A DNA stretch of 64,000 bases, taken from Octopus sinensis. Taxonomy: Eukaryota. Location of the stretch: assembly GCF_006345805.1 (NCBI RefSeq), contig NC_043005.1, positions 56,854,001 to 56,918,000 on the forward strand, in the 5' to 3' direction. Below, one piece after another: positions 22,566 to 34,899 of the stretch. Under the pieces are notes generated by a model, which made no database searches, was not told the origin of the DNA, and was given only the letters and a program-made list of their open reading frames with translations. Within the stretch, counting starts at the first letter, position 1; each line of letters opens with the position of its first letter. The translations under genes and the position numbers were made by a program.

Positions 22566-22867
22566 CAGTGGTTCTCAACTAAAGTCCATATAAGATTTTT
22601 GGGAGTCCACACAACAATAAATTGGGGATTTACAAGAGCATTTTAAGGGCCCGAAAAAATTTTGCTTTAGATGTATGTATTGGTATATGTTGCTAGGTTT
22701 CTCTCTCTAACATTTTACATAGTTCAACCTACATAAATTGCTTGTGAAAACATTAATAAATAACATTCTATAAAACTAGTTTTTAAACATCAAATGGCTA
22801 TGGGAGTCCATCAAAATAAAATAGCAATCAAAGAGGTCCATAGATAAAATACGGTTGAGGACCCCTA
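22566..22867. mobile_element. hAT-type MITE
   Basis: Imperfect TIRs cagtggttctcaac/gttgaggaccccta and a perfect 8-bp TSD atctaaac at 22558-22565 and 22868-22875. Confidence 0.85.
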
Positions 22868-23465
22868 ATCTAAACCCTGCCACATTTTCGAGGTCTGTAT
22901 TCATGGAAGCAGTGCATGCTGGCGTGGGGTGTGTATATTACATGCAATTGCCAGGGAAAAGTAGCATACTTTGTTATCAAACAAAATACTTGGTCATTCC
23001 TCAGGTTGCATAGATTCTACTTAACACCATTACATGCAGTGATACTAAACAAAAGAAGTCAAAATTAAAACTCATTGAATTTTAATGAACAGCACTATTA
23101 TATACAGCCAATGAAGGAGTCTTAATATGGTCACTAAATGTGCTAGAAAGAGCAGTTATGTCACCCTTAAATCACAGCCAACTATTTTAAAAAGGAATGT
23201 TTGATAATGTAGTCCTGAGTTCTATACATATGAATAAAAGGACAGGGTGGTCATGGTAGGAATGCTTTTGATCACAGATCTGCATAGTCAGGTTGATTTG
23301 GAACTAAATGATGACAATAACAGGGACATCCTTGATGACTTTTTCATTTATTCTTTTACTTGTTTCACTGAGTGAATTGCAGCTATGGTGGGGTATCATC
23401 CTGAAGGATTTAGTCAAAGTACTTGCTGGGTTTTTTTAATCTGCTACATACTCTGTTTCTTTTTA

Positions 23466-24244
23466 GCGTGAAATTTGCCAAATATTTCTCAAAGAAAAAC
23501 AAACTTAACATGTACAATATCCATTAGGTAAAATTCAAACATTGCTCTCCATAAAACGATTCCAAGCTAATTTGGGGCTCTAGAAGACTTGTGTAGTTCG
23601 ATTTAGGGCATTTTGTCATAGAAATATTTATATACTTAATAATCAGTTCATCTATTTCTTGACATTCAGGCTCAAACTCGATATTTGAAGCCTTGGATTT
23701 GTGTTCCATTTGCCCTCTTGCTGTGTTGGAATACAACAGTTTTACAAGTGGTATCAGTATACCACCCTCTTTATTGATTTTTTCCTTTTTCACCATATCG
23801 TGGCTAGATTCAGCAATAACAATACTGAATTCATGAGAAATTTTTCTTTCTTATGATATAAAAATACTGAAGAAAATATGATCTTTTCCAGGTGAAAATT
23901 AATAAAATTTTCAATTTTATATTTCATAACAATTATCTGCCCCTATCGATTTTTATAACCAAAATAAAGCAAAAAGTATCTTCTTCATGAATGTATGATT
24001 TTCAACACAAGTCAAGGTATAGTACTCCAGCACATTGAACAAGAACAAGGGCTACCATTCAGCAATCAAAAAGAAAAGAACAGGACAAACTTTGTGAATG
24101 GATGGAAATACCAGGGGGATTGAAGGACCCTGGCATATGTAAGTGTCAGATTTTGATCAAATCTATTTAAGAAGAAAGTTCACATCCAGAAATTTCAAAT
24201 GATATATAATTTGCCATCAAAAAAATGTATTTTGACATGAAAAT
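23466..24244 (-). repeat. ~800-bp dispersed repeat, copy 1 (unclassified, probably a DNA transposon fragment)
   Basis: Colinear with 47968-48780. Both carry a decayed minus-strand reading frame (MVKK..NKE.G.L...ARGQ.EHKSK). Confidence 0.75.
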
Positions 24245-24630
24245 CATCATCATCATTTAATGTCCGCTTTCCATGCTAGCATGGGTTGGATGATTTGACT
24301 GAGGTCTGGCAAACCAGATGGCTGCACCAGACTCCAATCTGATCTGGCAGAGTTTCTAAGGCTGGACGCCCTTCCTAACGCCAACCACTCCGAGAGTGTA
24401 GTGGGTGCTTTTACGTACCACCAGCACGAGGGCCAGTCAGGCGGTACTGGCAGCAGCCACGCTGAAATGGTGCTTTTTATGTGCCACATGCATGGGAGCC
24501 AGTTCAGCGGCACTGGCAACGACCTCGTTCGAATGTTTTTTCATGTGCCACCAGCACAATTGCCAGTAAGGCGACGTAGGTAACGATGATGCACGAATGA
24601 TGCTTTTTTACATGCCATTGGCACGGAGGC
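24245..24630 (-). mobile_element. RTE LINE 3' UTR/tail fragment
   Basis: Family tail motif. Confidence 0.8.
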
Positions 24631-24934
24631 CAGCTTGTTGCTCTCAAGCAAAATGTTTTTGCTTGGTCAAACTGTGCTTGCATCCCTGGTACTTTATAGG
24701 GATAACTAATATATGGTAATCTTGAAAAAGACCAGTTTTAAAAACATTCTTGATAAACAAAATTAAAATAATTTCATATTGAACGAATGTAAAGAATGTA
24801 ACACATTACAAAACCAAAAGATAAATAAGCAAGCAAGAAAGAAATTTTCCAAAATAGTTATCTAATAAATATGGCTTTATTGAAATATCGTGTAATCACC
24901 ACTCCTTTTTCCATACTCTTTACTCTTTTTTTTT

Positions 24935-25340
24935 TACTCTTTTTACTTGTTTCAGTCATTTGACTGCGGCCATGCTGGAGCACCGCCTTTAGTCGAGTAA
25001 ATCGACCCCGGGACTTATTCTTTGTAAGCCCAGTACTTATTCTATCGGTCTCTCTTTGCCGAACCGCTAAGTGACGGGGACGTAAACACACCAGCATCAG
25101 TTGTCAAGCAATGCTAGGGGAACAAACACAGACACACAAACATATTCACACACACTTATATATATATATACATATATACGACAGGCTTCTTTCAGTTTCC
25201 GTCTACCAAATCCACTCACAAGGCATTGGTCGGCCCGGGGCTATAGCAGAAGACACTTGCCCAAGATGTCACGCAGTGGGACTGAACCCGGAACCATGTG
25301 GTTGGTTAGCAAGCTACTTACCAAACAGCCACTCCTGCGC
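24935..25340 (-). mobile_element. Full-length CORE-like octopus SINE
   Basis: Reverse-complement match to 5935-6350. Confidence 0.9.
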
Positions 25341-25789
25341 ATATTTTTGTTTTCAAATGTTCGTACAACCAACAACTGTAATAATGCAATATCTTTGGGA
25401 TAGTTATGCACAGAGAAATCTATAACTGTCTTACAGATACTGCAGACATCCAACAATTATTGACATACTACAAAACTCAAAAAAGGCCTATTGTGGGAGC
25501 TGCTGCTGCTCACACAAACACCAAAGACAATATCCGGAAAAGAGCCACCTGATTGGCATAAAGACATTCACCTGACATATTCCATCCTCTGGTCCTCTTT
25601 CTCCCTTTTCAACAACTACCATAATGGTCTCTGTTCCTCAGAGCTGACTGGCTTCAAGTCAACAATACTCAAGCATTCTTCAACCCACTATTTTTTCCTT
25701 ATCATGATAACACTGCAATGCTTAATTTTGACCATTTTCAAGAGAAGTCACTACTAGTTACTTCAGAAGTCTTCTTTGAACAGTCAAAT

Positions 25790-26218
25790 GTCGGTTTACC
25801 TGGACAGACACTCCCATGTCACAGGCAATGGACCTGATTGACTTGGAAGGATTGTTATCAATCATGGCCTGGATCTCATCAACAAATTCAGGTATTCTTT
25901 TCTTATCAGAACAATCAGAGTGAGTTTTCTGAGCTGCTGTACTTTTGTAATCACCATTAAACTCATCCAACTCTTTCTGAATCCTCTGCACTGTCCTCAG
26001 ATTGACACCCAAACACTATGAAATGTTCACATTGGAGCTTCCAGTGCGAATGCCAAGCATGTCGTTTCCAAATTTCTGGCAGAGTGAATCGTGTCATGGT
26101 GCTGTTTTTCTCATAGATGTTGCCCAACTGACCCTACTATACTGTGTAATCAACAAAAGTAAAAACAATGTGCAAAATTTAAAATATAAAATGGTGGCAA
26201 TTTATCCATAGTACCCTG
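25790..26218 (-). mobile_element. Tc1/mariner (maT/DD37D-like) 5' fragment
   Basis: GVNLRTVQRIQKELDE...KRIPEFVDEIQAMIDNNPSKSIRSIACDMGVS is a transposase HTH region. TIR-like end near 26218. Confidence 0.75.
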
Positions 26219-27499
26219 CATATGTAATACTTGGTTTCAAATTTTGACACAAGGCCAGCAATTTCAAGGAGGGGATAAAATGATGACATTAACCCCAGCA
26301 CTCAACAGGTACTTATTTTAATGACCCTGAAAGGATGAAATGCACAGTCAATCCATTGACTAGAAAGCAAACTTCTTAACACACAGTCACACTTGCACCT
26401 ATATACGTGTATGTGAGTGTACAAATCATTTAGCATCCATCTTCCATGCTGACATGTGTTGCATAGTTTGAAAAGACCGGACAAGCCAGAGGATTGTGTT
26501 GAGCTCCAATGCCTGCTTTGGTATTGTTTCTACAGTTTAATGCCCTTCCAGCCATTTAACAAAATGTACTAGGTGCTGATTTCCATGGCATATGCACAAG
26601 TGAGGTCATCAAGTAACTTGCTAGACAAGACCCCTCAACTGAGTGGGTTTGTAATATTGAAGGAGGTGGCTTTATGCTAGGCATCAAAAGGTTAAAGTAT
26701 GATAGAGAGACAGGAACAGGTGTCTTGCCGTTGAGGATAAACATGGTTACCCCAGTGAATGAATATGGTAGACAGAACAGAAGTTGTAGGAAAAGCATTT
26801 CTGCTTGAATTTCATTTCATTGAAAGACTATGTCAGCATATAGGTCAATGTCACATTATGGTATCGGACTCCTGCTAAGAAAGGCTATAATCAACAAATG
26901 AGAAAATAATCAACAAATGAGAAAATAATCAGCAGTAAAGAAAGAAAAGAGATGGTGCTGACGAGGTGTCAGGGTGTAGCGTCATGGTACAAGAAGCTAA
27001 ATAAGAGAGACTAGGGACAGAGGATGAGAAAAGGTAAATGAGCAGGTAAGTGTATGAGAACATGAAAGGTGAGTGACGTGGTTAGAGATGGAGATAGAGG
27101 TGAATGCAGTGAATATTGAACAGAAGTGGAAGCATTGTAAATGAGGAATATCAACTTGGAGGGAAGGTGAAGTTAAATGGGAATGGGTGAAGGAGGAGGA
27201 AGAAATGATAAGTGACATACAAAAGAAAAAGAGTAGGAAGCAACAGTATAATAAAACAGTACAATTCTATATTTCTGAGATGAAATATGTAGCCAGTGCA
27301 TGTTATGTTGTAGAGTGGTTAATGTTAGGAAGGGCATCCAGCCATAGAAACCATGCCAAACACACTAGAGCACAAGCTGATCATGTCAAACCAACATATC
27401 CATGCCAGCATGGAACATAAGTAATGCAATAACAAAGACAAATTTAGAATGTCTGAAAGAGGGAGATCAGGAGAGAAAAAAAACACCAAATAGCTAAAA

Positions 27500-29130
27500 A
27501 GAGTTAGCATATGTTTTGTGACACGTGGATCAAGGGTGTAAGGTGTTCCAGTTTGCTGGACAGTGCACTAGAGAAAATTGAAATATTATCAGGAACTGTG
27601 TATGATAACAGTACACTTGCTATCATTAACACTGATAAGAGAGAGGCATTGAAATGCTACCAAGAGAGGCTGCTAAATGTGGAGAAAGCATTGGGAGAAA
27701 TAGAGCCTACCACATGCAAACCCAACAGAGGGAACAGTCATCCAAGTTGGCAGCAGTGTAGTAAATAAAGCAATAAGAAATGAAACTAAGGAAAGCAGCT
27801 GTGCCACTAGAGATCATCGCTGCAAGGCTTAAAATATCTAGAGAAATAGGGTACAGAATGGTTACTCTAATAGTAAATCAAGTAATACAGGAAGATATCA
27901 TACTCAATTACTGGTACTGATAACAAAAGTAACTGCAGAAACATCAAACTGTTGTACAAGCTTATGAAAGTTACAGAATGAGTTATTGCAAAACTGATTA
28001 AGGACATGATTCATCTAGAGAAGAAGATGCGGTTTGGCTTTGTCCCAGGAAGAAGCCCTATTGATGTCATATTCCTTGAGAGTCAACTGCAAGAGAAATA
28101 CATGACTATCTGGCATTTATTGATATAGAAAAGAGCTTTGACAGGGTGCCTCGCAGTGATCTGATGGTCACTAAAGAAACTAGAGGTATATCAGGGTTCA
28201 GTTCTCAGTCCCTTCCTATTTATTATAATCCTCCAAGTCATAACAGAGGAATTTAAGACTGACTGCCTTAGGGAACTCCTGTATGCTAATGACTTAGCTC
28301 TTATAGCTGAATCAGTAGAAAAATTGAAGCTAAAATTCCAGACACAGAAGCAAAATCTGGAATTGAATAGCCTTAAAGTTTTACTAAGTAGGAAAACCAG
28401 ACTCTTATAGAATCAGATGCGGAAAAAAGTTGGTAAAAAGTTCCATAAGGTGTGCTTAATGTAATTATCAGACACAAAGGCCCTAGTCTAATCAACGCAT
28501 GTAGGGGGATTTAAGGCAGACAGATAGAGAAGGTAGATTTCAGCTGCAGCAGGTACACTGGGGCAATAAATAAAAAAGGGCTTGGGAAATGGATTGTCTC
28601 AAATGCCAAGATTACTCCCAAGAAGTAGTTGATAGCTTTTGGAAATTAGGTGACTAAATTATCAGTGGATATGGATGTTATGAAAATGTGGTAGCTAATA
28701 TAAAAATAGGTTGGAGAAATTTTAGGGAGCTTTCACCTCTGCTGACACATAAAGGACTTATATCAAGGGAAGGTTATATGATGCTAATATGTGAAGTGCA
28801 CTGCTGCACAGCAACAAGATATGGTCTTTGAGTGTGGAAGATATACAAAGTATAAAAAGAAATGAGATGAACACATTGGAGGTGTCATGTTAGTGTGCAT
28901 GAATAACAAAGTATAAATGAACTGAGTAAGAAAGAGGAGGTAAGAGCAGGATGTAGTGTGCAAAAGAAGAGAATGTGATATGAATGGAGGATAACAGCTA
29001 TGTAAGCAAGTGCTTTGCACTTGGAGTGAATGGTACCTGTGGAAGAAGAAATTAGGGATGAAGTGGTGAAAAATGACCTTAAGATATTACAGCTGATGAA
29101 GTTGATAATCGAAGATCACATCAACTGGTG
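27500..29130 (+). mobile_element. Highly degenerate RTE LINE
   Basis: Recognisable RT pieces: tttggctttgtcccagga, aagagctttgacagggtgcc, ctgtatgctaatgac. Confidence 0.7.
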
Positions 29131-29368
29131 ATACGGAGTGCTTCAGAAGACCCAACTTCCCAAGCAAACTCAGTATATGCACCCCTCCCTTGCCTACTGT
29201 TTTTTTGAGCACATATCAGTCTACTCATTCATGACTCATTCTATAACCTTACATTACACCATCATCTATTCTTCTAATTGCGGTGTTTATTTTCTACCAT
29301 CTCATCTTCCCATCCTCCTTGTTATTCCCTCCATTACCATTCACTTACAATAAATCTGTTCCTTCCAT

Positions 29369-29625
29369 CACTTTGGAAGGGCTGGGGCTTCTATGTGAAG
29401 CGGGTGCAGGAAACAGCCATGAACTCAGATTATTTGTCGGGTCTTCGCAGTCACAGCATATCTCCAGAGGTCTTGGTCTTTCGTCATTGCCTCTGTGAGA
29501 CCCAACATTCGAAGGTCATGCTTGACCGACTCATCCCATGTCTTCCTGGGTCTACCTCTACCCTGGATTCCTTCAACTGTTTGGGAGTGGCACTTCTTCA
29601 CACATCTCTCCTCATCCATCCGTAG
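29369..29625 (-). mobile_element. RTE 3' coding fragment, near-identical to 30658-30914
   Basis: MDEERCVKKCHSQTVEGIQGRGRPRKTW. Confidence 0.85.
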
Positions 29626-30227
29626 CACACTCTTTCACATTACAAGTTGCAAGGTTACATCAATGGCACTGGTGCCACAACAACACCCCGTACATTCTGT
29701 CAGTGATTGGTAATTGATTCATGAAGCAACAATGCAGGGTTTGAGATGGATGTTTAGTTTTGCTGATAGTAAGGCAACATCAATAGTGCTGGTGCCACAA
29801 AAAACTGTACCCAATACATTCTATAAAGTAGGTGATATCAAGGCATACTGACATTGAAACCATGCCAAGAGTGAGACATTGGTAGATGTGGTTAAACTGT
29901 CCGACCATGCTAACATAGAAAAAGGATGAAAAATAATGATAGGTTTCACGTTCAATACCACTGCATGATAACTTGGACAAGTATCTTGTACAATAGCCTC
30001 GTTGATAGATGTTAGCTGAAAGCAGCCTGGTATAATTGTGCGTGTTTTGTGGTGGTGGCACCACCACCACCTGGCAGCCAGTGTTAGTTGGTTTACATCG
30101 CCATAACTGAACAGTTTGGCAAAAGAAAACAAAGTACCAGGCTAAAAAATAAGTACTGAGATCAATTTCTTCCACTAAGACATTGAAAGCAGTGCCCCAG
30201 CATAGTCATAGTCCATTACATATATAT

Positions 30228-31400
30228 ATCATCATCGTTTAACGTCCGTTTTCCATGCTGGCATGGGTTGGACGGTTCAACTGGGGTCTGGGAAGCTAAG
30301 AGGCTGCACCAGGCTCCAGTCTGATCTGGCAGTGTTTCTACAGCTGGATGCCCCTCCAAACGCCAACCACTCCATGAGTGTAGTGGGTGCTTTTTACGTG
30401 CCAAAGGAGGCTGGCAACAGCCACAATCAGTTGGTGCTTTTTACGTGCCACCAGCACGGAAGCCACTCAAAACGGCACTGGCATCGGCCATGTAGGGATG
30501 GTGCATTTTACGAGCCACCGGCACAGGTATCACAGCTACAATTTCCATTTGATTTTTGATGTTGATGGTGATGTACTTGACTCAACAGGTCTCGTCAAGC
30601 ACAGCAGGTCACCCTACGATACAAGGTAAGTACAGCAGGCCGTCATGCGATTCAAGGCACTTTGGAAGGGCTGGGGCTTCTATGTGAAGCGGGTGCAGGA
30701 AACAGCCATGAACTCAGATTATTTGTCGGGTCTTCGCAGTCACAGCATATCTCCAGAGGTCTTGGTCTTTCGTCATTGCCTCTGTGAGACCCAACATTCA
30801 AAGGTCATGCTTGACCACCTCATCTCATGTCTTCCTGGGTCTACCTCTACCCCGGATTCCTTCAACTGTTTGGGAGTGGCACTTCTTCACACATCTCTCC
30901 TCATCCATCCATAGTACATGACTATTCCAGCACAGACGTCTCTCTTGCACACCACATCCAATGCTTCTTATGTCCAGCATTTCTCTCAGGGCACTTACAC
31001 TGTTGTGTATGCACACTGACATTACACATCCAGCGGATCATGCTAGCTTCATTTCTTTCAAGCCTACACGTCTTCTGCAGTCACAGCCCATGTTTCACTA
31101 ACGTGAAGCATGGCAGTTCGCACACATGCATCATACAATCTACCTTTCACTCTGAGTGAGAGACCCTTTGTCACCAGTAGGGGTAGGAGCTTTCTAAACT
31201 TTGCCCAGGTTATTCTTATTCTAGTGGTAACACTCTCTGAGCATTCACTCCCACTACTAACTTGGTCACCTAGGTAGTGGAAGCTATCAACTACTTCTAG
31301 TTTCTACCCCTGGAGTGTGATGGAATCTTTTTTCTGAGTATCAGTGGTGTCTATTGCCCCTGTGCATCTGCTGCACATGAAAGCTATCTTCTCGGTTAAT
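30228..31400 (-). mobile_element. 5'-truncated RTE LINE
   Basis: RT C-terminus, 3' UTR and tail. Confidence 0.85.
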
Positions 31401-31449
31401 TTTCCTTTGATGGTGCTGCACCGTGTGTGTGTATATATATGTGTGTGTG

Positions 31450-32305
31450 CGTAGTTGAAATTTACAATAAAAACATAACAAAAGACAAAAGACGGGTGTG
31501 TAAACAACAAACAGATGTATTAGTTTAATGCTCGGGAAGTGAGAAAGTCTTTTATGTTTCAAGCCTATGCTCTTCAAGAGAGAAAGGAACAGAGAAATAA
31601 GCAGAGAGAGAAAATAAAAATGGTTTAGTAACTAGCAATCAATCAAGGCGAATGCCAGACACGGGTGGCCAGACAGGAGAGCTAGGAAGAAGGTGAGATA
31701 AATAAAAGTGGTGGTGTCCCAAAACGAAGGTGTGCATGCATATGTGAGAGCATGTATGCACGTATGGATAGGGGCTGGTGACCATGACATTTGCAAGTGT
31801 AGGTGTGTGGATGATGGTGTGGATGCTGGGAAGTAGTCAGTGTTAGTGTGTACAGGGTGGTGTGGTATGGGGGTGTGACAAGATTTGTTGTGGTGTTGGG
31901 GTAGGGGGCGAGGGTGGAGGTGGGGGCTGTGTGGTATAGGGTGGGTGGGATGTATAGGGATGGTAGGGTAAGAATATGTAGGAGTAGGGTCACGATGGAG
32001 GGGGTGACAATGAAAAGAGAGGGTGAAAGGAAGAGGGTATGAGTGAAGAGAGGAAGTAGGTGTCAGAGCAAGAGAGGAGAGGTGGGTGGGAGTGAAGGAG
32101 GGTAGGTGTGAGAAGGAGAGAGGGGGTTAGATGAAGAGGGGAGGAGAGTTGATCCCATGTGGCACAAATGAGCAAAGAGAGATGTTAATTCCTGTTCACA
32201 GCAAAGACGGGAGTCCGGATGGTCCCTGTGCAAGGACAATCCAAACACAGACAGGTGTTGTAAAGAATGACTGGTAGAGCAGAAATGGCACGAGACCAGG
32301 GTGAT
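31450..32305 (-). mobile_element. Penelope-like element 3' end
   Basis: HFCSTSHSLQHLSVFGLSLHRDHPDSRLCCEQEL...HMGS is a decayed GIY-YIG C-terminus. It is followed by a pyrimidine-rich 3' region and the terminal motif tgaagagcataggcttgaaacat. Confidence 0.7.
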
Positions 32306-32312
32306 ACATATA

Positions 32313-32349
<37 letters not shown>

Positions 32350-32350
<1 letters not shown>

Positions 32351-32633
32351 ATGTAGCACCATCCGATCATGGCTGTTGCCAGTCTCGACTGGGCCCCGTG
32401 CTGGTGGCACATAAAACGCACCATCTGACCGTGGCCGTTTGCCAGCCCTGTCTGGCACGTAAAAAACACCCACTACACTCACAGAGTGGTTGGCATTAGG
32501 AAGGGCATCCAGCCGTAGAAACATTGCCAGATCAGACTGGGCCTGGTGCAGCCTTCTGGCTTCCTAGACCCCAGTTGAACCATCCAACCCATGCTAGCAA
32601 AGAAAGCGAACACTAAATGAAGATGATGATGAT
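32350..32633 (+). mobile_element. RTE LINE 3' UTR/tail fragment
   Basis: Family tail motif and (GAT)n. Confidence 0.8.
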
Positions 32634-32638
32634 GAATG

Positions 32639-32672
<34 letters not shown>

Positions 32673-32820
32673 GACATGCAGGAAGTAAATAGACACTTTT
32701 AATTTTCAAAATTTCTCATCTAAGCGTCTTAATATGTTTTCAGCAGTGTAAAATTTGCAACGTAATTATTCTTTTTCATTCCAGGTGCCATTATATTAAA
32801 CATTTGCGAAGAGTAACCAT

Positions 32821-33170
32821 GCCACGCACAAAAAATTCAGCAGAACTGTCAGATTTTCAAAGAGGTCGTATTGTTGAGCAATCTGAGGCTGACCGTAGCG
32901 AAAAATTGCCTAAAATCTTCAAATTCCTCTTGCTAATGTTAATAGAATTATAGTGCAAATCAAAAGCCAAGGAAAAGAATCAACAGATTCTCGTCCCAGC
33001 CAACCTGAGCCCTCCAAAAGGAAGCTTCGCTGTTTGAAGGGAATTGTGGAAAACGAACCCTGTTCAAAGACTTCTGACATTGCAAAACAGCTAGAAGTTA
33101 GTCTGGCATTGCAAAACATCTAGAAGTTAGTCTGACATTGCAAAACAGCTAGAAGTTAGTCCAAGAACGT
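32821..33170 (+). mobile_element. Tc1-type transposase N-terminal remnant
   Basis: MPRTKNSAELSDFQRGRIVEQSEA...NLQIPLANVNRII...SDIAKQLEVS matches the Tc1 paired-like HTH. Frameshifted. Confidence 0.75.
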
Positions 33171-33305
33171 GTGCTACATATTTGCATAGGGTTGGGTATT
33201 TTGGATGAGCAGCTAGAAAACCTCTCCTTCAAACAATATCAAATAAAAGATTTGAAAATTACAGGTGTCTATTCACTTCCTGCATGTCTGTGTATATATA
33301 TAATG

Positions 33306-33338
<33 letters not shown>

Positions 33339-33379
33339 GTATGTGTGTGTGTGTGTATATATATATATAATGTGTGTAG

Positions 33380-33660
33380 TCCTGCGTGGCATCTTGGGTA
33401 AGTGTCCTCTGCTATAGCCGACCAAAACCTTGTGAGTGAATTTAGTAGACGGAAACTGAAAGAAGCCCGTCGTATGTGTCTGTCCCCCATTATCGCTTGA
33501 CTACCGATGTTGGTGTGTTTACATCCCTGTAATTTAGCAGTTCGACACTAGAGACCGATAGAATAAGTACTAGGCTTACAAAGAATAAATCCTAGGGTCG
33601 ATTTGTTCAACTAAAGGCGGTGCTCCAGCATGGCCGCAGTCAAACGACTGAAGCAAAGAA
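33380..33660 (+). mobile_element. CORE-like octopus SINE, partial
   Basis: Matches the CORE segment and tail of 5935-6350. Confidence 0.8.
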
Positions 33661-33679
33661 AAAACGAAAGGAAAAAACA

Positions 33680-33701
33680 CACATATATATAATGTATATA
33701 T

Positions 33702-33748
<47 letters not shown>

Positions 33749-33907
33749 TATATAATGTATATATATAGATATATATACGTTATATATATATATATACATT
33801 ATATATAAATACATTTTATATACATATAATATATATATATATACATATATATATAATATACATATATACACATTATATATACATACACATGAAATATATA
33901 TATATGC

Positions 33908-33945
<38 letters not shown>

Positions 33946-34328
33946 TTATTTACATCCAGTGTGTTACCTTTACCGCGCTATACTTTAGTGTACTTTTTCG
34001 GGATATATGATCCACGGAGGACATAAATGCTTTATACACACAAAATATATAACACATACATATAGTAATACATAAATATACGTACTTTATATAAACACAT
34101 ATGTATAACGAAACCATGTGTATATGTCATATATGTATCCACATAGTCACATATTCATATACTTATGTATGGTACTTTATATATATAAATATAACCCTAT
34201 CATCATGCTTGATAAATTATACTAAATAACAAAAGGATGTGACTTTGGATTCGAACACGCAATGGATTTATGAAATAATACCTAGAAATATCTTGCTTCA
34301 TAAATACAATTACATAATATATAAAATA

Positions 34329-34377
<49 letters not shown>

Positions 34378-34390
34378 CTATATATATATA
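33680..34390. repeat. Long (TA)n-rich low-complexity tract
   Basis: Seen directly in the sequence. Confidence 0.9.
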
Positions 34391-34899
34391 TTCACTATCT
34401 CGGTGTTATTTGCTTATTCCCAATGCAGTTAACTATTATCGAGTAGATCTATAATCAAATGCCTTCCAACCGTAACAATCCCGTCTTTCAAAGTTGTACG
34501 TCAGACTACATTATGTGGTGAATCTGTTCAGTGGATAGAGTGTTATTCTTAGGGAAATATCGTTGTTATTTCTAACAAGTGAAGCGATCAGTAAAGGATT
34601 CCTTGTCGAGTCGACCATCTGTGTTTCTCCATTGGTCAGGTATGGAGTAGTGCGAGCCTGTTCTGAACCCGCAGTGAGCTATCTCGTATAAACAACCGAG
34701 AAAAAATACATGCAGATAACCATACGTACTGAATTACACGTCTATCTACATGAATAAAAGATCGCGATACTGGGAAAATATTGGAATATTTTTTAATCCT
34801 TTCTTTATAGTTATTTTATACACCATAACCTTTTATGCAAATGAAGTAAGCGCGGAATGTAAAGAGTACAGGTTATTTGACGATATAAAAGATTTAAAT

